Shown here: positions 34,909 through 51,900 of the stretch, piece after piece
How positions within the stretch are numbered: the stretch's first letter is position 1
How the letters are laid out: every line of letters begins with the position of its first letter
Assembly (NCBI GenBank): GCA_032718475.1
Contig: JAUCBJ010003399.1
Span: 1-51,900 of the forward strand
Reading direction: 5' to 3'
Source of the DNA: Nemertoderma westbladi
Taxonomy: Eukaryota > Animalia > Xenacoelomorpha
Length of the DNA stretch: 51,900 nt
Notes under the pieces: generated by a model
The model's input: only the letters and a program-made list of their open reading frames with translations
The model's database searches: none
What the model was told of the DNA's origin: nothing
Position numbers and translations under genes: made by a program

Positions 34909-35682
34909 TCAGAATGCTGTTCCATCATCGTCCTTCACATCTAGAACAGGGTTGTCCCTTCCTTGGTTACCATGGGTACCGCCTGCCTTCACATCTGTAT
35001 CAGCTGGCGACATTTTTATCTCGAGCATTTTCTCTGCTCTGTCTTCTCTCTTTTTTCGACCGTGTATGGTTCGGTTGATGACGTAAGCAATTCCAAGCAA
35101 CACGAATATCCCCATGGTAACAATATAAACAATCAACCAGTTCTCCAGCATCGGAACGTATGGTGGTTCAACGGTAGGTGGTAAATCTTCGAAAGCAATC
35201 GAATTCCCCCAAAAGTCAGGCGAATTAAATTTACCCAAATTCAATCTTATCGCGTCGATCAATGCGCCATCCGGTATGGTTGTGTTCTCCGCTTCCGTGA
35301 CAAAGAAGTAGAACCACAGCTTTTTATTCTTGTAGGCAATCCGACCCGCTATTTTGACGTCGTCAGCTGTAACAAGGCCCCATTCCTCACTGTCTCTGTT
35401 AACACTGAAGACAACGAGACTCTGGAATAACGGCCAATCGTATTCCACGAAAGATTCCTTGGACGGTACGTTGTAGAAGATTACTTTGGGATGACCGCCC
35501 CCCTCACCCGGTTCCGGAGTTACCACGTCGTCATCGTACTGATCAACGGCGCGCCTGGTAATATCAGCGCCATCTATCTGGGGTAGAGCGTAATGGCCAG
35601 CCAACACAGCCAAAAGGAAAACATTGGCAAAAAAAAACACCATCATAAGATATTGAATAAATCGTCTCCTAACGCTTCCCAT
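34909..35682 (-). CDS. CLTRN: Collectrin-like (TMEM27 / ACE2 C-terminal domain) type I membrane protein, intronless CDS, 257 aa
   Basis: N-terminal hydrophobic signal; FYFFVT..IPD..LIDAIRLN..FN and FEDLPPTVEPPYVPMLENWLIVYIVTMG match the collectrin domain and TM (cf. ACE2 [28 protein letters not shown]); C-terminal TAF; in-frame stop 5 codons upstream of the ATG. Confidence 0.8.
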   Translation of the reverse strand: MGSVRRRFIQYLMMVFFFANVFLLAVLAGHYALPQIDGADITRRAVDQYDDDVVTPEPGEGGGHPKVIFYNVPSKESFVEYDWPLFQSLVVFSVNRDSEEWGLVTADDVKIAGRIAYKNKKLWFYFFVTEAENTTIPDGALIDAIRLNLGKFNSPDFWGNSIAFEDLPPTVEPPYVPMLENWLIVYIVTMGIFVLLGIAYVINRTIHGRKKREDRAEKMLEIKMSPADTDVKAGGTHGNQGRDNPVLDVKDDDGTAF

Positions 35683-36289
35683 TAACTCGTACAGTTAGTG
35701 ATAATTAATAGCTTAATTTACTCAACATTTACTGAAATTTGTTTTTATACTTTTTAATTTTGTTATATTTTTCGTAAAAATCGCGAATATGGGGCGAATA
35801 TTTGTTGTTTCAATGTTAGTACCCAGAAAGACTAACTATCACATTTATTTGTAGAGTACCGTAATTATTTACAACTTTTGCTTACTATAAAGACTGTTAT
35901 TCAAAGAGAATAAAACCAACTTCAATTTCAGGAATACAATCATTATTTATGAATCAGGCCTGTGTCTCTATGAGTCTGTGGTTGTGGTTATGAAGAGGAA
36001 TCTTATATTATCTGATATTTGTTTCCGAAGCGCATGAGAAAGACCAAAGTTCACAATAATTCATTCTTTTCTGATATGTATTATTGTTTGTTCGATAAAG
36101 TAAGGAAATTGATTACATCATAATGGCCTTATAAAATTACATCAAATATCACGTTTTCCAGTGTGTGTGAGGTAAATATTCCACCATACCAATGGAAACA
36201 TTAAAGGGAGTAGTAAAGGCATCCAATTTTTTTTCCAATTTTTTTTTTCTGTTTCATCTAGAGCAAATTTTTATAAAGATTCCAAATTT

Positions 36290-36780
36290 GAAAACCGTTT
36301 AGCAATATCTGTCTTACTTCTCGAGATATGGCTGTCTGTCCGTTTTACTGTCGGTTTGTCCGTGAGTATGTCTTCCGTCAATAAAAAGCAAACTATATTT
36401 CTAAAAAAAATCACATAACGGGTTTTCGTGGTCGGTGACTTCACTTCTGATGTCAATATTCAAATTTGGCCTCGTCGTTTCTGTCTATATGCCTGTCAGT
36501 CTGTCCGTCAAAATATAACCGACACACTGACTGCCAATCAGACAATTTCTAAGTCATCAAATGTTAAAACTGACACTCGAAGTGAATTCTGCGACCAAGA
36601 AAACTCCTCTAATAACTAAATTTTTAACAAGATTATATGCCCTTTTCTTATATTTGACGGACAGATTAGACTGTCGGATATTCTGAAAGACCGACAGACA
36701 GACATACAGACAAACAAGAATTCACTAAAAGTGAAAACTTACGTCAGAAATGAAATCAGCGACCAGGAAAACCCCATAGC
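36290..36780. repeat. Degenerate interspersed element with internal inverted repeats and GTCT/AGAC microsatellite (Helentron/HINE-like?)
   Basis: GGGTTTTCGTGGTCGGTGACTTCACTTCTGATGT (~36420) versus ACGTCAGAAATGAAATCAGCGACCAGGAAAACCC (~36740); AGAC runs. Confidence 0.4.
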
Positions 36781-37333
36781 AAAAATCTTAGCACGGTTTT
36801 GTGCTTTCTTTTTGCTAGGTATATATTGGCAGACATTATTTCATAATAACAGACAGTTTTTGCGCGGGAAGGTTCAAATTCTAACTGTATTTTTCTCAGA
36901 ATGAGTTTTTAGAATTCTTTCGGTACATGTTTCTCAGCTGCCATTTGAGTTATACACTTGAAATTTTGCGCGATTTCGCGCTTGTTATATTATGTACGCA
37001 TAAGCACCGAATTGTGATTTTAATGCGTCCAGTTTCCCCTGGAGAGATAACTTCCTGTGTGAGTCCCCCCTCCCCCCACCCCCTCCCTCTCCTATCTGGA
37101 TACTATCCAGAGACTATCACTTTATATACAAGCTTGCCAGCGAGAGCTGGCAATATGGACGGATCCATTGCTATCAATATTGTTGTAATAAATTACGCGC
37201 CTATGCAGGGAAGCCTAATAACGAAAAACGCAAAACGAAACAGGGCAAAGTACCGTCTGTACAATACAATTATTATTTTATTGTTTGTTGTAATGAATCA
37301 AACAAACAAATACGTGTGAGAAATAAGGACATT

Positions 37334-37807
37334 CATGATGGATCCGTCCAACATCCATGATGGATCCGTCCAACATGATGGATCCGTCCAACATGATGGA
37401 TCCGTCCAACATGATGGATCCGTCCACCATGATGTATCCGTCCAACATGATGGATCCGTCCAACATGATGGATCCGTCCAACATCCATGATGGATCCGTC
37501 CAACATGATGGATCCGTCCAACATGATGGATCCGTCCAACATGATGGATCCGTCCAACATGATGGATCCGTCCAACATGATGGATCCGTCCAACATGATG
37601 GATCCGACCAACGTCCATGATGGATCCGTCCAACATGATGGATCCGTCCAACGTCCATGATGGATCCGTCCAACATGATGGATCCGTCCAACATGATGGA
37701 TCCGTCCAACATGATGGATCCGTCCAACATCAATGATGGATCCGTCCAACATGATGGATCCGTCCAACATGATGGATCCGTCCAACATCTATGATGGATC
37801 CGTCCAA
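37334..37807. repeat. 18-bp minisatellite (ATGATGGATCCGTCCAAC) with 22-bp variants
   Basis: Direct reading. Confidence 0.95.
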
Positions 37808-39194
37808 TATAAAAGATCATAGTGATATTGTTTAGGAAGGATTTCGTCACCTAATCCGAACAATAATTGTGTGGATATTTTATGAAACACGTTAGTACCG
37901 GTATGGCTTACGTAAAAGGAGTAAAGTAACCATTGCATATGGAATTCGACATTTCATATTCAGACGTATTGACTGATTATCACACTCTAAAGCTCATATT
38001 GAGGGGGAAGGCTTAACCCACACATACTTACTTTATTAAATAAAGCTCTTGTATGGGTTTATAGTACCTTATAAACCTAACTTCCGTGTTTGTGGGCTAC
38101 ATTAACCAATACCCCTATGATTGCATATTCCCGAGTATTAGTAACACTGCCAAATTATACTGATATTCATTTCGGGGGTTTTTTAAGTTAATAATAAATT
38201 AACTCGACAAGTATTTTATAGCTTATGATTAATAGTTTCAGGTCAAACATTCCACAACATTTGTTTAAAGGGTACCACAATATATGTGTACAAATTCTCT
38301 TTAAAACAGACTTATTATAATGCTTCACCATATACTGGGTTACAACATAGAACCAATGAATTTAATGTATTAATTCAATCATTCATTATATTATTGTTTG
38401 TCAATTACACCAGTAGTGTCATTAGCTAAGTTAGCCAATAAAACTTTGGGTTAAATGTGAATGTGATAAATATTCATTAGTTCGATTAGTTGTCTAAATT
38501 GACAGGATATTAATTCATCACTGATGAAAAATAATTCTTAATTAATTTAGTACTTCGAAACCGATTGTTTTACGCAATGCTTTCACTATTAACTATTAAA
38601 TAGCTATTAATTAGCCAACAATATTAATATTATGTAATATAGTAAGAGTCCAGTTCAAATCCGAGAGAAGGGTGTTCTGTAAGATTGTAAAGTAATATAT
38701 CACATATATATATAATAAATAATACATCAGTAATATATGTTATATATTCATCCTTCTTCAGGGGAATAATATACTGTGAATATATAGTGTATATATAAAC
38801 ATTGGGGAATATTGTGATGTTATGTTTATATCTTTTTTAATAAATAATATATTACTCCAAAAATAAAACTGTATCTAGTTCTATTGAAGTTCGTGTATTG
38901 TTTTAGGTAGAATAACGTGCCACTGAGACTAGTTCCTTTCCCATAATTAATTGAGTAGAGAAAATAACACTCTACGCTAAAACCACCGGAATAGAATAGT
39001 AGAGTAAATAAAATTTCAAATTCCAAATAAAGATATTTTACTTATCATAAAAATCGTGAATTTTACTGACTTCATAACAATTTTTCTAGCAGTTTGAACT
39101 ACTGTATCTGGTATTTAGGATTAATATTTGTGGTTTAGTTTTGCAATTATTGAACTGGTAAAACTTGAATACACATGATCGTCAATAAAACAAC

Positions 39195-50532
<11,338 letters not shown>

Positions 50533-51100
50533 CCATCCATCCTCTATTATTGCAGTTCCAATATTTTTATCAGTAATTATACTGTATAACTGCTGCGAAA
50601 TCAGATTATATGAAGTTATTGTGCGGGAGTCGATCCCACTCAGGGGACTTCTATTATTTGCATCTCCATAAAGAAATTTGATTTTCATTTTTCTTTAATT
50701 TTCATAGTCAAGAAATGTTTAAATTAAATAAACACGTTCATAAATAGTTAAAAAGGTACCGGTGTACCACCAGGACGTGTACCAGTGTATTTTTTATAGT
50801 TTAATATAAACTTTTAACGGCTGATTTCTCCCAAAGAGTAATGTTATCTGTACTACTGACTTTTATTATTATTTTGGTCCGAACAAATTGCACTGTAACA
50901 TTCTCCTTTCCCAGGAATGGTGCACACACTTTCCAAATATCCTACTTGTCCGAAAAAAATCATGCGAGTCACTTGGCCCAATAAGAAACTCATCTAAACG
51001 ATAAATGTTAAATGTACCACTTTCCCAATAAGTTCCTTGGTTCCTTAAATTGCTCATAATTTCTATGCTTCTACAAAATTTGTTATACTCACCAAACATA

Positions 51101-51718
51101 CACCATGTCCTGGAATATAGTGTCGTTATTCAGGTTACATGGACCACCCCCCCCCCCCCCCCCCCCACCTAATTTTTTTACAAATCTAAATGAGATTGCA
51201 TGACATTTGAAACTGAGTTGGTTTCACCTCCCTCCCTCCGCCTTGCTTGGTGAGCCCAAGGAATGCTATATAGAGAATCTCTATGGAGCATTCCATGGTG
51301 AGCCATAATTCTTATTTTCACTTTCATTCTTTAGGTACAAGCATTTTAATAAAGTGTCTCCGACGAAATTGCATATGTTAAGCAGTTATTCTTCAACTTC
51401 ATAGTGATTTGTTGGTCTTGGTACTGATGGAAAGCTGATTCCATTCCAATTATGTAAAAACATTTTAATTTGCTTTGGAACTTTAAAGTTTAAGAATAAC
51501 TGCGGTGTTACCTGTGCAATTTCGCCTGAGACATTTTTTTTAAAATGCTTGTACCTAAAGAATGAAAGTGAAAACAAAATTTCTAGCTCACCCACAGCAG
51601 AGGAGGGAGGTGAAACTATCTATGTTTCAAATTTCATGTAATCTCATTAAGATTTGTAGAAAATTTGGGGGGGGGGGGCAGGTACCTGAATAATGGCACT
51701 ATATTCCAGGACATGGTA
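51101..51718. mobile_element. TA-flanked MITE related to 24200-24943
   Basis: TA|CACCATGTCCTGGAATATAGTG ... CACTATATTCCAGGACATGGTA|TA, with internal C-run and G-run and complementary arms. Confidence 0.82.
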
Positions 51719-51900
51719 TACTACGTTATTTCATTCCAGATACTGATAATATACTGATATACTGATAATATCAACTTCGCATAATATTTACTATATTCTT
51801 TTTAAATAGAGTAGCACTGTATTTCACGCCGGCTCGGTTGGTAATATTTCCACGAACGAGATGAGCGAGTGAGTGAAATGTGAAACAAGAGCCTGAAAGT

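Noticed and set aside
37278-37850. ORFs over the 18-bp repeat (and similar ORFs at 23410-23804, 43815-44187, 44880-45206)
   Set aside because: They are translations of minisatellite or transposon subterminal repeats with no splice or domain support.
38520-38570. CTGATGA…GAAAC spacing resembling a hammerhead
   Set aside because: No credible stem II or stem I pairing and no properly placed cleavage triplet.

Overview
AT-rich, intron-rich DNA from a non-vertebrate metazoan (spliceosomal GT-AG introns; no prokaryotic features). It holds three host genes. (1) A RIM/Unc-10-like active-zone gene (PDZ-C2A-C2B) on + from about 261 to 30975; its introns are inflated by about 20 kb of satellite and LINE DNA, and its first PDZ exon has a +1 frameshift. 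(2) An intronless stand-alone collectrin/ACE2-C-terminus-like gene on - (34909-35682). (3) A 5-exon Src-family tyrosine kinase on + (39195-50532). The rest is satellites, LINE fragments, SINEs and MITEs. Most long ORFs in the supplied track are artefacts of tandem repeats. Highlights: a 745-bp retro-insertion with a 12-bp TSD (45397-46141) carrying a tRNA-like Pol III promoter fused to a minimal type I hammerhead ribozyme in a 413-bp tandem unit, resembling a retrozyme or Penelope-mobilised circular RNA; two tandem arrays that grew from exon/5' splice-site junctions, one to roughly 260 copies; and a LINE+SINE cassette duplicated inside that satellite. All family assignments come from motif recognition by eye, not database searches.
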